The position numbers were made by a program, and so were the translations under genes. From contig JACPSJ010000001.1 in assembly GCA_016193315.1 (NCBI GenBank), positions 350,446-404,722 on the forward strand: DNA of 54,277 nucleotides, given 5' to 3'. Position 1 is the stretch's first letter; the number at the start of each line of letters is the position of its first letter. Under the pieces are notes generated by a model that saw only the letters and a list, made by a program, of their open reading frames with translations, was not told the origin of the DNA and did no database searches. Source of the stretch: Candidatus Kerfeldbacteria bacterium. GTDB taxonomy: Bacteria; Patescibacteriota; Patescibacteriia; SBBC01; CAIJZX01. Shown piece by piece: positions 37,870 to 46,884 of this stretch.

Positions 37870-38544
37870 ATGGCCTGGCTGGCGTATCCATCGGTGCTCG
37901 GGCTGATCGCGGTTAATCTCGTGCCGCTAGGGTTTGTCCTGACCGGTCGGTGGGACGCTTTTTCTTTGCTGTTCGCCTATTGGTGGGAGGGCCTGTTGTT
38001 AGCCTTTCTCATCCTCGCCAAGGTCAACGTCGTCCGGTCCCTGGCCCCGCGGGATGTACGCACGAGTTTCGATGTCTACGACCTGCCGCTGGTGGCGTAT
38101 CTCATCCTGGTCATCGTCTTCAGCCTGGCCGACTTTTGGTTCATCAGTGCCCTGGGGCAAAGTTACGATGGGACGTTGACTTCCCTCGGTCACGTCTACC
38201 AAGTCGGTTTCGGTTCGGTCATCAGCTGGGCATTACCGCGGGTCTTCCGCTGGTCGGTGCTGCTGTTTGTGTTGCTGGTGGCGGCTGGTCATGGCTACTC
38301 GTTCTGGCGCAACTATCTCGAGCGCCAGGAGTATCGACGTGTTCACGAAGTGTTTGGGCAGGGGATACTGAGAATCGTGTTACCGCAGCTAGGGGCCTGG
38401 ATTTTCGCGTTGGCCAGCTTGGGAGCGGCCTGGTTGTCACTGTCGCTGGCCGTGGTTGGCAAGACTGTTCTTGATGCTGGACTCCATTTGGTGGAACGGA
38501 TGGGTGGTAACCCTGACCAGCGACCGCAACGGTTTGTGCCATGA
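37870..38544 (+). CDS. Polytopic membrane protein (DUF6498-like)
   Basis: LI.VNLVPL..V....W.....L..YW.E N-terminus; K...D...H C-terminus. Confidence 0.6.
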   Translation: MAWLAYPSVLGLIAVNLVPLGFVLTGRWDAFSLLFAYWWEGLLLAFLILAKVNVVRSLAPRDVRTSFDVYDLPLVAYLILVIVFSLADFWFISALGQSYDGTLTSLGHVYQVGFGSVISWALPRVFRWSVLLFVLLVAAGHGYSFWRNYLERQEYRRVHEVFGQGILRIVLPQLGAWIFALASLGAAWLSLSLAVVGKTVLDAGLHLVERMGGNPDQRPQRFVP

Positions 38545-38801
38545 CGAATGAACTCGTCCCTTACCGCCAGATCCTGGCCGCGGCAAGAATCAAGCGGTTC
38601 CGCGACTGGGAACCGAAGATACGCTTGCTGGCTCAGGAAATAAATACCGGTCGCCTGGCGCTGCCACCTGACCCGCAACTTCGAGGCTCACTCCTGGCCA
38701 TGCGTGAGACGAGACAGGGGATTGATATGTCGACCGTTGATTCGAACGTCCGGATGCTGGCCCAGGCGGTTTGGGATGCGCAACATGAACCTCAAGAATA
38801 G
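38541..38801 (+). CDS. Small helical hypothetical protein
   Basis: ATGA overlap with the upstream gene. Confidence 0.55.
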   Translation: MTNELVPYRQILAAARIKRFRDWEPKIRLLAQEINTGRLALPPDPQLRGSLLAMRETRQGIDMSTVDSNVRMLAQAVWDAQHEPQE

Positions 38802-38927
38802 TACTCTCTTGTAGAACGCGACGGGTCGTAGCAACAAACGTCACCATGGTCAGTTAAATACATTGACATCCACCAGGTTTCGTGGTATACTCTAAGTGTC
38901 ACAAAGAAAAAAAATCAAAAAAAATGT

Positions 38928-40103
38928 ATGAAAGTCCTCATCGACACAAACAAATCTTCAGTGCAACCGGTCACTGAACAAATCAAAACCCTTGACGCTG
39001 TCGCCAGCGCGACCCGGATTTTTTTGGGTGTCGCCATCGGCACCGGTCTAATGATTTCCGGCGCCGCCATCGGGTGGATGGTTTTCCCGGCGGCCCCAAC
39101 GTCAAAGTCGGCCGCAGTCGCGACTTCAAAAAACCAGCCCTTGAAAGTCATGGATGTGACCCGGGCCGTGTCGCTTTTGTCATTACTTGAGCCCGCCCAT
39201 ACGTATCCATTCAACCCCCAGCAGTACTTGGCCGGCAAGACGGTGGTATATGAGCAAGATAGTCGTTATGGGGAGTTCGACACCACGCCGCTGAGCGGCG
39301 GGAAGAACGAGCCGTTGAAGATCCGTTTGTCTTCGACCGCCAACAGTAACGCCACCAGCCGGGGGCCCAGGTTCGGAATTCAAACTGCTCATGCCCAAGC
39401 CACTCCCTTCTCGATCGAGCCGATCCCGGGCGAAACGTTTCCTGATCAGTACATTTTTCTGTGGTACCGCCTCGCCGGCGACACCAGTGACCGGATGATA
39501 ACCCTGTGCCTAGGACGGACCGATGGTTCAACCGTGTACGTCGGGAGCGATGGCTCAACCTATGTTGACGGCAAGCTTCGGTCGCGTACCACCAGCCGAA
39601 CCTGTAGTGAGCTGTTTACCTTGAATTATGGAGTGGAACAACTAACCGAGGGATCGATTGAAGTGGCAGACCAACCGGTCAACCCGGGCAGTTATTGGGT
39701 GGTTCGAACCGCGCGCGTGCTCGGTCGATGGGACAACGGCGTTCTAGCCTATCTTGGTGAGCCGGATTCTTCCGATCGATTCCGCAGCTTCGTAGCCCAT
39801 TTCAAGTCGCCGATCCTGATGGCTTTTGCTCCGGCCGATGAGACGCAGTTGAACGTCCCCTCCGCCAGCGTTCATCTGGTCGATGGAGTGACGGAGCCGA
39901 ACGTCAGCATCAGACAATCATTGTGTTTCCCGGCGGTCACCTTTGACCCTGCCACCGGCGGACCGGTCGTCTATTTCGACCGCCAGGGTAATTCTTACAG
40001 TGACATGTTCCTCGAGTCGGCGCTGACGTGTTCCCACCCGACCGAAGTGACAGGCGACAGTCGAAGCCCAAGCGAGATTCCCATCGAAGGCATCGATTGG
40101 TAA
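38928..40103 (+). CDS. Membrane-anchored exported hypothetical protein
   Basis: Near-consensus promoter TTGACA..TATACT at 38863-38891; single N-terminal TM. Confidence 0.65.
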   Translation: MKVLIDTNKSSVQPVTEQIKTLDAVASATRIFLGVAIGTGLMISGAAIGWMVFPAAPTSKSAAVATSKNQPLKVMDVTRAVSLLSLLEPAHTYPFNPQQYLAGKTVVYEQDSRYGEFDTTPLSGGKNEPLKIRLSSTANSNATSRGPRFGIQTAHAQATPFSIEPIPGETFPDQYIFLWYRLAGDTSDRMITLCLGRTDGSTVYVGSDGSTYVDGKLRSRTTSRTCSELFTLNYGVEQLTEGSIEVADQPVNPGSYWVVRTARVLGRWDNGVLAYLGEPDSSDRFRSFVAHFKSPILMAFAPADETQLNVPSASVHLVDGVTEPNVSIRQSLCFPAVTFDPATGGPVVYFDRQGNSYSDMFLESALTCSHPTEVTGDSRSPSEIPIEGIDW

Positions 40104-40188
40104 CTCCCAATCAAGGGTGCGCGTGGCCGATTTCAGGCCGCAGCTGGTTAGTGTTATACTTTGGTTATTCGTCATTAGCGTTTAGACT

Positions 40189-40473
40189 ATGAGTCCGCAA
40201 CAGATTCACATCAAGGCCCACGACAACGTCTTACAGGGCGTCTACGCCAACGTCTTGCAGATCTCCCATACCAAGGAAGAAGTGGTTTTTGACTTCCTCA
40301 ATGTCATGCCGCCACAAGGGCAGCTCGTCAGCCGGGTCATTACTAGCCCCGGCCATGCCAAACGCATTTTGACCGCCTTGGCCGACAATCTCAAGCGCTA
40401 CGAAGCGCAGTTTGGGGCCGTGACCGCGGCCAAACCGCCGGCCGGAGAATTCGGCTTCACCCCGACGGGATGA
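40189..40473 (+). CDS. DUF3467 family protein
   Basis: GVYAN...ISHT.EE..FDF....SRVI.SP.HAKR...AL..N...YE..FG. Confidence 0.85.
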   Translation: MSPQQIHIKAHDNVLQGVYANVLQISHTKEEVVFDFLNVMPPQGQLVSRVITSPGHAKRILTALADNLKRYEAQFGAVTAAKPPAGEFGFTPTG

Positions 40474-40550
40474 CCCCGGTAGAAGCCCGGCCAACATGTT
40501 CCACAATACACCAAACGCGCCACGCCCAATAAAGAGAGCTTCTAACGGGG
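40474..40550. repeat. Family L element, copy C
   Basis: CCCCGGTAGAAGC ... GCTTCTAACGGGG (13 bp, 1 mismatch). Confidence 0.6.
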
Positions 40551-41665
40551 GGATCTCCACCAATCTCCATCCCTGGACAGCCAAGCTGCTGTGGTTTCTC
40601 CTGCCGAGCCTGCTCGGGGCAAGTGTCTGGTGGTACGTGGTCAGTCAAACGCTTCAAGGACGAGTGGCTTTTACCAGCGCCGGATTGACGACCTTGCTAA
40701 CCTTCATCGTCTTTGGGCTTTTCTCGTTTGGTCTATGGGTTAGCGGGTTGGGGCTCAGCACGTACTTAGCCAACTGGCGGATCGTCCGGTTCGTCTCCGC
40801 CGGAATTGTCAGTCTGCCGCTGATGGCCTTCTTTCCGCCCCAACCACTGACCGTTGGATTGGCCGTCGGTTTGTGGCTCGTCCTCTGGTGGGGGGCGGAA
40901 CGGTTTGCGACCGACGCCCACAGCCGGCTACAACTTAAACCCCATCTGTCCTCAGGCTGGGCATTCCCCACGGTCATTGTACTGGTCATGGTGGTGGTGT
41001 CGCTGTTGTATTACCAGCAGCTTCGCGGTGCCACCCGAACCGCCTCCGAACTGTCGGCCCGGCTGGCTAGTCAGACGGTCGGCTTGTTAGAGCGGTTCAT
41101 TCCGCTGCTGACGAAGGAGTATCGGCCGGATATGACGGTTGACGAAGTCATCGGCCTACAGATACCAACCGCCGCCGAACTGTTGAAAGATATTCAGTTC
41201 GACGCGCTCAACCAAACTGAGCTGGAAGAACGGCTGCGCCAAACGCTAGCCAGCGTAGAGGGGTTTGATGCCCAGCAATTCTCATTGGGCCCGACCGCCA
41301 ACCAAACTGACTTGGAACGCCAACTCGAAACCCAACTCGAGCAGGCGCGGCGCCAGTTGTCTGAGCAAGTTCGTCAAAGCCTGTCATCGCAATTCGGCGT
41401 GCCGATCAGCGGCCAGGCCACTGCCCACGATGTGCTGACCGACATCGTCAATCATCAGTTTAATCGCTATCTCAGTCGGTATGTGACGGTCATCCCCTGG
41501 CTGCTGGCGGTTGCCCTGTTTTTCATTCTCCGGGTTTTCTCCGGCCTGTTTCTCATCGCCACCACTTGGTTGGGGTGGCTGCTATTTTGGCTGTATCGCC
41601 ACCTTCACATCATCCACCTCACGCACGAGACGGTTCCGGCCGAGCGCGTCGAGTGGAGCCACTGA
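40496..41665 (+). CDS. Polytopic membrane protein with a soluble coiled-coil loop
   Basis: Multiple TM segments; the only upstream ATG lies inside family L copy C. Confidence 0.65.
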   Translation: MFHNTPNAPRPIKRASNGGISTNLHPWTAKLLWFLLPSLLGASVWWYVVSQTLQGRVAFTSAGLTTLLTFIVFGLFSFGLWVSGLGLSTYLANWRIVRFVSAGIVSLPLMAFFPPQPLTVGLAVGLWLVLWWGAERFATDAHSRLQLKPHLSSGWAFPTVIVLVMVVVSLLYYQQLRGATRTASELSARLASQTVGLLERFIPLLTKEYRPDMTVDEVIGLQIPTAAELLKDIQFDALNQTELEERLRQTLASVEGFDAQQFSLGPTANQTDLERQLETQLEQARRQLSEQVRQSLSSQFGVPISGQATAHDVLTDIVNHQFNRYLSRYVTVIPWLLAVALFFILRVFSGLFLIATTWLGWLLFWLYRHLHIIHLTHETVPAERVEWSH

Positions 41666-41734
41666 CCTCACCCCGCCCTGCGGGCACCCCTCTCCTTCGG
41701 CGTTCGCGGGAGGAGAGGGGCCGGGGGGCGAGGT
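41665..41734. repeat. REP-like palindrome (family D variant)
   Basis: ACCTCACCCC..CCCCTCTCC..GGAGAGGGG..GGGGCGAGGT. Confidence 0.7.
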
Positions 41735-41771
41735 TAGCACTCTTGCCTCGAGAGTGCTAATTTGCTATCCT
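41734..41771 (+). promoter_or_regulatory. Perfect CIRCE overlapping the dnaJ promoter
   Basis: TTAGCACTC-TTGCCTCGA-GAGTGCTAA (41734-41760); TTGCCT-17bp-TATCCT. Confidence 0.92.
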
Positions 41772-41781
41772 GAAGATTGTT

Positions 41782-42864
41782 ATGGCGGAAGACTACTACC
41801 AGCTGTTGGGGGTCGATCGACAGGCCAGCGCCGAAGAGATCAAGCGGGCATTTCGCGCGAAGGCCCACCAGCACCACCCGGATAAAGCCACCGGCGACAC
41901 GGAGGCCTTTAAGCGGATCAACGAAGCCTACCAGGTCCTGAGCGACCCGGCCAAACGGCGTCAATACGATCAATTCGGCACCACCTTTGACCAAGCCGGA
42001 CGTGGCGGGTTTGGTGGCTTCCAAGACTTCGGGGGCAGCCAATGGTCGAACGTCAATGTTGACTTTGGGGATTTCGGCGACCTGTTCGGTGACTTGTTTG
42101 GACTTGGTGGGTCGCGCCGGACACGGCCCAGTGCCGCCCGTGGTCAGGATATTGAGGCGCAAGTAACCATCTCGTTTCGTCAGGCCATCTTTGGCGGCCA
42201 GGAAACGATCGAGCTGAAACACCATCGTCCCTGCGCCCGGTGCGGCGGCGTGGGGGCTGAACCCGGGACCGGTCGTCAGACGTGTTCGACCTGCCAAGGG
42301 ACCGGCCAGGTCCAGCAAGCGCAGCGAACGTTCCTAGGCACCTTCCAAAGCGTTGCTACCTGTCCGACCTGTCAGGGCGAGGGCCGGGTGGTCGGCACGC
42401 CCTGCCGGACCTGCCGCGGCGACGGCCGGCAACTGAAGACTGAACGGCTGAACGTGAAGATTCCGGCTGGTATTCGCCGCGGACAGCGGATCAGGTTGGC
42501 CGGGCAGGGTGAAGCTGGCCGTCGCGGTGTGACAGCCGGCGATCTCTACTTGGTAGTTGAGGTGGAGCCCGACCGGGAATTCGAACGGCAAGACGATGAT
42601 ATCCTCAGCACGATTGAGATCCCCATTTCGACCGCCACCCTCGGTGGGGCGGTCGAAGTAAAAACCATTGATGGGCCGGTGAGCTGGAAAATCCCAGCCG
42701 GCACGCCAAGTGGAAAAGCATTCAATATCCGCGGCCATGGAGTCCCCCACTTGCGTGGTAGCGGTCGTGGCGATCACCGCGTTACGGTCAATGTGAGGAT
42801 CCCTGGGAAGCTCTCCACCCGGGCCAAGAAATTGTTTCGCGAACTGGCCGACGAAGGCGTCTAA
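41782..42864 (+). CDS. dnaJ: Chaperone DnaJ
   Basis: J domain HPD, G/F region, four CxxCxGxG repeats. Confidence 0.97.
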   Translation: MAEDYYQLLGVDRQASAEEIKRAFRAKAHQHHPDKATGDTEAFKRINEAYQVLSDPAKRRQYDQFGTTFDQAGRGGFGGFQDFGGSQWSNVNVDFGDFGDLFGDLFGLGGSRRTRPSAARGQDIEAQVTISFRQAIFGGQETIELKHHRPCARCGGVGAEPGTGRQTCSTCQGTGQVQQAQRTFLGTFQSVATCPTCQGEGRVVGTPCRTCRGDGRQLKTERLNVKIPAGIRRGQRIRLAGQGEAGRRGVTAGDLYLVVEVEPDREFERQDDDILSTIEIPISTATLGGAVEVKTIDGPVSWKIPAGTPSGKAFNIRGHGVPHLRGSGRGDHRVTVNVRIPGKLSTRAKKLFRELADEGV

Positions 42865-42922
42865 CGCTTGTCGGCCGAGCGAAAGTATGCTATACTATGG
42901 TCGTCACACAAACAAAACGCTA

Positions 42923-43522
42923 ATGTTTCTCAGCGCCATTCAATTGGCCGGTATTGATTTGACCAACGAAGCCACCTCGGCCAAGAATCTGGTGGCAAAT
43001 ATTGATTGGTCCAAGCCAACCTGGGATCTGTTCATCATCCTGTTTTTTATCATTGCCGCGCTGCTGTACGGTTTGAGTCTCGGCCGCGATCGGGTCCTGG
43101 TCATACTCGTCTCAGTTTACATGGCCCTGGCTGTCGTCAATACCGCGCCCTATATCGGCAACTACCAAGCTGACATCGGCGTTGACCAGTTTTTTGTCTT
43201 TCGGATTTCAGCCTTTGTGGTCGTGTTTATTGCTCTCTTCTTCCTGATGTCGCGTTCAGCCCTGCTGTCGACGATCGCCTCATCGAACACCCAGGGTGCT
43301 TGGTGGCAGGTTTTGATCTTCAGTCTACTCCACGTTGGCCTTTTGATTTCGATCACCCTGTCTTTCTTGCCGCCGACAGCAGCCGAGAAATTAGCGCCCC
43401 TGACGCAGAAAATCTTTGTTGGCGACTTCGGCCGTTTCTTTTGGATCGTGACGCCGATCGTGGCCATGATTCTGGTGAAGGGCGGCGCAGCCGACAAGAA
43501 GAAGTTTAAGTACGATCTTTGA
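42923..43522 (+). CDS. Polytopic membrane protein
   Basis: About five TM helices; TATACT upstream; terminator downstream. Confidence 0.7.
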   Translation: MFLSAIQLAGIDLTNEATSAKNLVANIDWSKPTWDLFIILFFIIAALLYGLSLGRDRVLVILVSVYMALAVVNTAPYIGNYQADIGVDQFFVFRISAFVVVFIALFFLMSRSALLSTIASSNTQGAWWQVLIFSLLHVGLLISITLSFLPPTAAEKLAPLTQKIFVGDFGRFFWIVTPIVAMILVKGGAADKKKFKYDL

Positions 43523-43524
43523 CC

Positions 43525-43553
43525 AAAACTGCCCGCCATACGCGGGCAGTTTT
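43525..43553. terminator. Bidirectional-type terminator
   Basis: AAAACTGCCCGC/GCGGGCAGTTTT. Confidence 0.7.
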
Positions 43554-43673
43554 GCAGTCCCAGGTGTCGCTCAGACCAAAATGAATTTGGTCTTCGCGAC
43601 GCTATCCTTTTCCGGTGCGCCTCGCTAACGCTCGGCCCGCTACCAAACAGCTCTTTCCATCCAAGGGGGCATC

Positions 43674-44324
43674 ATGTTACTGACCGGTTTTCTTGGCTTG
43701 TTTCTCGGTTGCTTGGTGGCCACAATCGGAGCCTGGAAGGACAGCCGATGGGAACCGTTTCGGTGGGGGACCTTCTGGCGTTCGCCCATCGTCACGTGCC
43801 TGGTAGCGTTGCTACTGGCAACCAAATTTCCGAACCAACCCAAACTTTTACTTGGCTTGGCGGCCGTCGCTCTGGAACGACTGCTCGTTGAAACCTGGAA
43901 AGGATGCTTACGCCAGAAGCCCTCTAAGTTTGTTCAACCTGAGCGGGACACGCGGTGGCTGAGACAACAACTATCGGCCCTCAGTCGTCATCGGCAGGTT
44001 CGACAAACTTTGGTCATTGCCATCGTTTGCGGCTACGTTGTCCTGTACGGTGTCGATGAGTATCAGCAGCTCGTCAACGAGGGGGTCACCGCCGGAACCT
44101 GGGCTTACATCTGGTATTGTCTCTGGTGCGCCCTGGTCTTCATCCCCCTCGGTGGCCTCGGGCTGATGGCCGGACTTCTACTCCGCCACCGCGGATTGAT
44201 CAGGTGTTCAGCGTTCATGACGGCCCTCCCGACCTATGCTCTGACGCTGGCCGTGGTCTTGACGTCGAAATTCAGCATCCCCCTGGCGTCCATTTTCTCC
44301 ATCCGCCTCCCGACTGCCCAATAG
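43674..44324 (+). CDS. Polytopic membrane protein
   Basis: Hydrophobic segments; stop inside the ACTGCCC/GGGCAGT-T5 terminator. Confidence 0.6.
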   Translation: MLLTGFLGLFLGCLVATIGAWKDSRWEPFRWGTFWRSPIVTCLVALLLATKFPNQPKLLLGLAAVALERLLVETWKGCLRQKPSKFVQPERDTRWLRQQLSALSRHRQVRQTLVIAIVCGYVVLYGVDEYQQLVNEGVTAGTWAYIWYCLWCALVFIPLGGLGLMAGLLLRHRGLIRCSAFMTALPTYALTLAVVLTSKFSIPLASIFSIRLPTAQ

Positions 44325-44361
44325 GGCAGTTTTTTAGATAAACCGTCCTGGACGTAGCCAA

Positions 44362-45366
44362 TCAGTCTGATTCAGATACGGCTGTCTGCTTTTCGATATT
44401 CTTTATCAGCTCGTCAACATCGGCCAGTGTATTGATCCGCACCGCTTGGTTGCGAAACTCACTGGCCCGCGGGAACCCGCTGACGTACTTGGCCAGGTGT
44501 TTGCGGAATTCAATCAGACCTCGTTCGCCTCTCGTTTTCACCACCAGCCGCGCATGATCGATTATGGTCTGTTTGAGGTTACGCCAATCAACTGATTCGT
44601 AACCCCCAGCTTTTAATAACCGTTTGGTTTGTTGAAAAATCCATGGCTGGCCCCAAGCGCCGCGGGCAATGCCAACCCCATCGGCCATAGTTTCCGACAA
44701 CATCTGCGGCACACGCTCAGGCGTAAAAATCCCGCCGTTGGCCAGGACTGGCCCGTGAAAGTGCTTTTTGACCTGACGAATCATGGCCGCGTCGACTTCG
44801 CCGTGATGGCCTTGTTCGTATGACCGGCCATGGACCATGACGGCGGCCACTGGCAGTCCGTGGAGGGCGGCAATGAAATCAACAGCCGTGTGAACGTCGG
44901 CTTGGTTAGCATCCAAAGATTGCCGTTCTTTCCGAATGCTAGTGCGGATTTTCATGGAGACGGGGAGAGTGGTGTTCTCGAGCGCCAATCCAACCAGCCG
45001 CCGGGCGTACTGAGGATCACGAAGGAGTGCCACGCCAGCCCCCTTGGCCACTACCTTTCGCGCTGGGCAGCCGAAGTTGATATCGAGGCCGGCAAAACCC
45101 ATCTGGCCGATGAGTTTAACCGCTTGGACAAAGGCCTCTGGCTCGCGTCCAAAAATCTGGGCTATGACCGGCCGCTCGGAAGGGTTAAACTCCAAACGTT
45201 CCATCGCCCGCCGGGCGCGATGAAAGATCGCCTCAGCCGCAGTGAATTCGGTGTAAACGACATCGGCGCCCCAAGTCTTGGCGATTTGGCGGAAGGCGGT
45301 GTCGGTGACCCCCTCCATGGGGGCTAAAGCAAGTATTGGTTTTTCCAGACTGGACCAGAAGTTCAT
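44362..45366 (-). CDS. dus: tRNA-dihydrouridine synthase
   Basis: LAPMEGVTD.AFR, YTEF, QIFG, DINFGCP, VHGR, ANGG, ARG..G.PW.F, RKH. Confidence 0.95.
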   Translation of the reverse strand: MNFWSSLEKPILALAPMEGVTDTAFRQIAKTWGADVVYTEFTAAEAIFHRARRAMERLEFNPSERPVIAQIFGREPEAFVQAVKLIGQMGFAGLDINFGCPARKVVAKGAGVALLRDPQYARRLVGLALENTTLPVSMKIRTSIRKERQSLDANQADVHTAVDFIAALHGLPVAAVMVHGRSYEQGHHGEVDAAMIRQVKKHFHGPVLANGGIFTPERVPQMLSETMADGVGIARGAWGQPWIFQQTKRLLKAGGYESVDWRNLKQTIIDHARLVVKTRGERGLIEFRKHLAKYVSGFPRASEFRNQAVRINTLADVDELIKNIEKQTAVSESD

Positions 45367-45393
45367 GGCGCTCGGCTGGTCATGTGTCGGGGG

Positions 45394-45578
45394 CCTGGGC
45401 GCCGCCTGCTCCTCCGAAGCACGGGGGCGGCCGTCGCGGCAGTAGGTAAGAATAAAAAATGTTGTTGGCCGCGTTCCTGGGCCTCGCCGTCCCGACTACG
45501 GGACAGGGCTCGGCCCGTCGCGGCGGGACGAAAGCAAAGCAGTTTGCTTTCTTTGCCTTCGGCAACCCGCCGCGACCC
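45394..45578 (-). repeat. Multi-hairpin structured element, copy 2 (family S), with a repeated GCGAC..GCCCAGG half-unit
   Basis: Minus strand: GGGTCGCGGCGGG-TTGCC GAA GGCAA-GAAAGCAAA CTGC TTTGCTTTC-CCCGCCGCGAC-GGGC..GCCCAGG. Confidence 0.8.
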
Positions 45579-45638
45579 TGCGATCGGAGCTAAGGCCAGT
45601 ATCGGCTTCTTCAGTGGTAGCCTAAAGTTGGTGGGCAT
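45576..45638 (-). pseudogene. Diverged 5' remnant of a dus gene
   Basis: MPTNFRLPLKKPILALAPIAG versus the intact MNFWSSLEKPILALAPMEG. Confidence 0.75.
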
Positions 45639-45815
45639 GCTAACAGCGACGGTACCCTGTTTCTTCTTCTCACGCAACTACACTCTGCGGCCGGGCTGGG
45701 TTTCAAAGCGGCCTTGACGTTTTCCGAGTTTGCCCTATGGTGCCAGCCAGATCCCTGCGTTTCGCGATCTTTAGACGCCATTCAAAATCCAGTCGAGATA
45801 GGAGGCCAAGACACA

Positions 45816-46283
45816 ATGGATGTGATCACCCATGCCTTGCTCGGCGCGGCAATCGCTCCAAATGAGCAGCTGGCGTTGCCAATGGCTGTCAGTAGCACCA
45901 TCCCAGACTGGTGGACTGTTCCGCCCCTGGCTGAGTACCGGTGGAGGAATCGCGGGCGGTACCGCAACAGGGACTTCTGGGTATGGATCCCGCCACGGTA
46001 CGGGGGACTGACGCGGTGGTCACACAGCGTCTTCCCGCTGCTGGCCGTCTACGCGGTTGGGACATTGGTCTTTGGAGTTTCCCATTGGGTTTTCCTGCCG
46101 TGGTTCCTTCACCTTGTCATTGACATTCCGTCCCACGCCAGGAGTCGGACCGGGTACCTCTTCTATCCATGGTCAAGGTGGCAACCGCTCGGCGCTCGGA
46201 ACTGGTACGATGTCTGGTGGTTTTCCATCATCACCATCATCATTTTAGGTGGTATCGTGGTGGCCCGGTTCTTTCACTTCTGA
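45816..46283 (+). CDS. YdjM-like membrane metal-dependent hydrolase
   Basis: MD.ITH, PD, SHS, LH..ID..SH, YPW; AGGAGG RBS. Confidence 0.7.
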   Translation: MDVITHALLGAAIAPNEQLALPMAVSSTIPDWWTVPPLAEYRWRNRGRYRNRDFWVWIPPRYGGLTRWSHSVFPLLAVYAVGTLVFGVSHWVFLPWFLHLVIDIPSHARSRTGYLFYPWSRWQPLGARNWYDVWWFSIITIIILGGIVVARFFHF

Positions 46284-46383
46284 GTGGCTAGCACCAAAAC
46301 CGGTGCTGGTTTTTTCTTCGGCCGTGAACATAGCCCCTTCGCCACGGCGCGGTGATTAGGTGCGCGTTCATGGGCCGATCCGT

Positions 46384-46867
46384 CTAGCCTAGCCCAAGTA
46401 GTTGGACGAGCGGCGGATGAGAGAAGTAGGTCCGGACACCGTAGTCTGGGTTAACCCACTCAATCATTTCAAAACCTGCCCGCTCGATGAGGATGAAACC
46501 CGGTTGAGAAAGATAAGTCTTCTGGAATTCGGGATAGTTAGCCACGGTGAAATCAGCATCACCACTTTCGGGTCTGGTCTTGTCCGGCGCCCGGATTTTC
46601 AAGAGTCGAAGCTGGCCGGCGACGGTGGGGATCGATACTCGGAACAGGGGGGCCGGTTGGGGTTTCTTTGACGACGGTACCGAGTTGCCGCGCGACGGAG
46701 AGCAGCGATTTGTAATCTCCGCGGCGGTGTGAAAAAACAGCGGCGTAGTTAACCGGAGCTTCAGTCTCAGATGTATGGGTATTCTTGAGATCGCAGGTGA
46801 GCCTAACAATGTCCGGCACCAAGGCGCGGAGGTCGTCGGTGCCGATGTCAACGATCTTGCTGGCCAT
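46384..46867 (-). pseudogene. Hypothetical gene split by a +1 frameshift in a C6 run
   Basis: Deleting one base at 46647-46652 joins ...KETPTGP to LFRVSIP..., giving 161 codons. Confidence 0.65.
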
Positions 46868-46884
46868 GCCTGGTGCCAGTTGTC

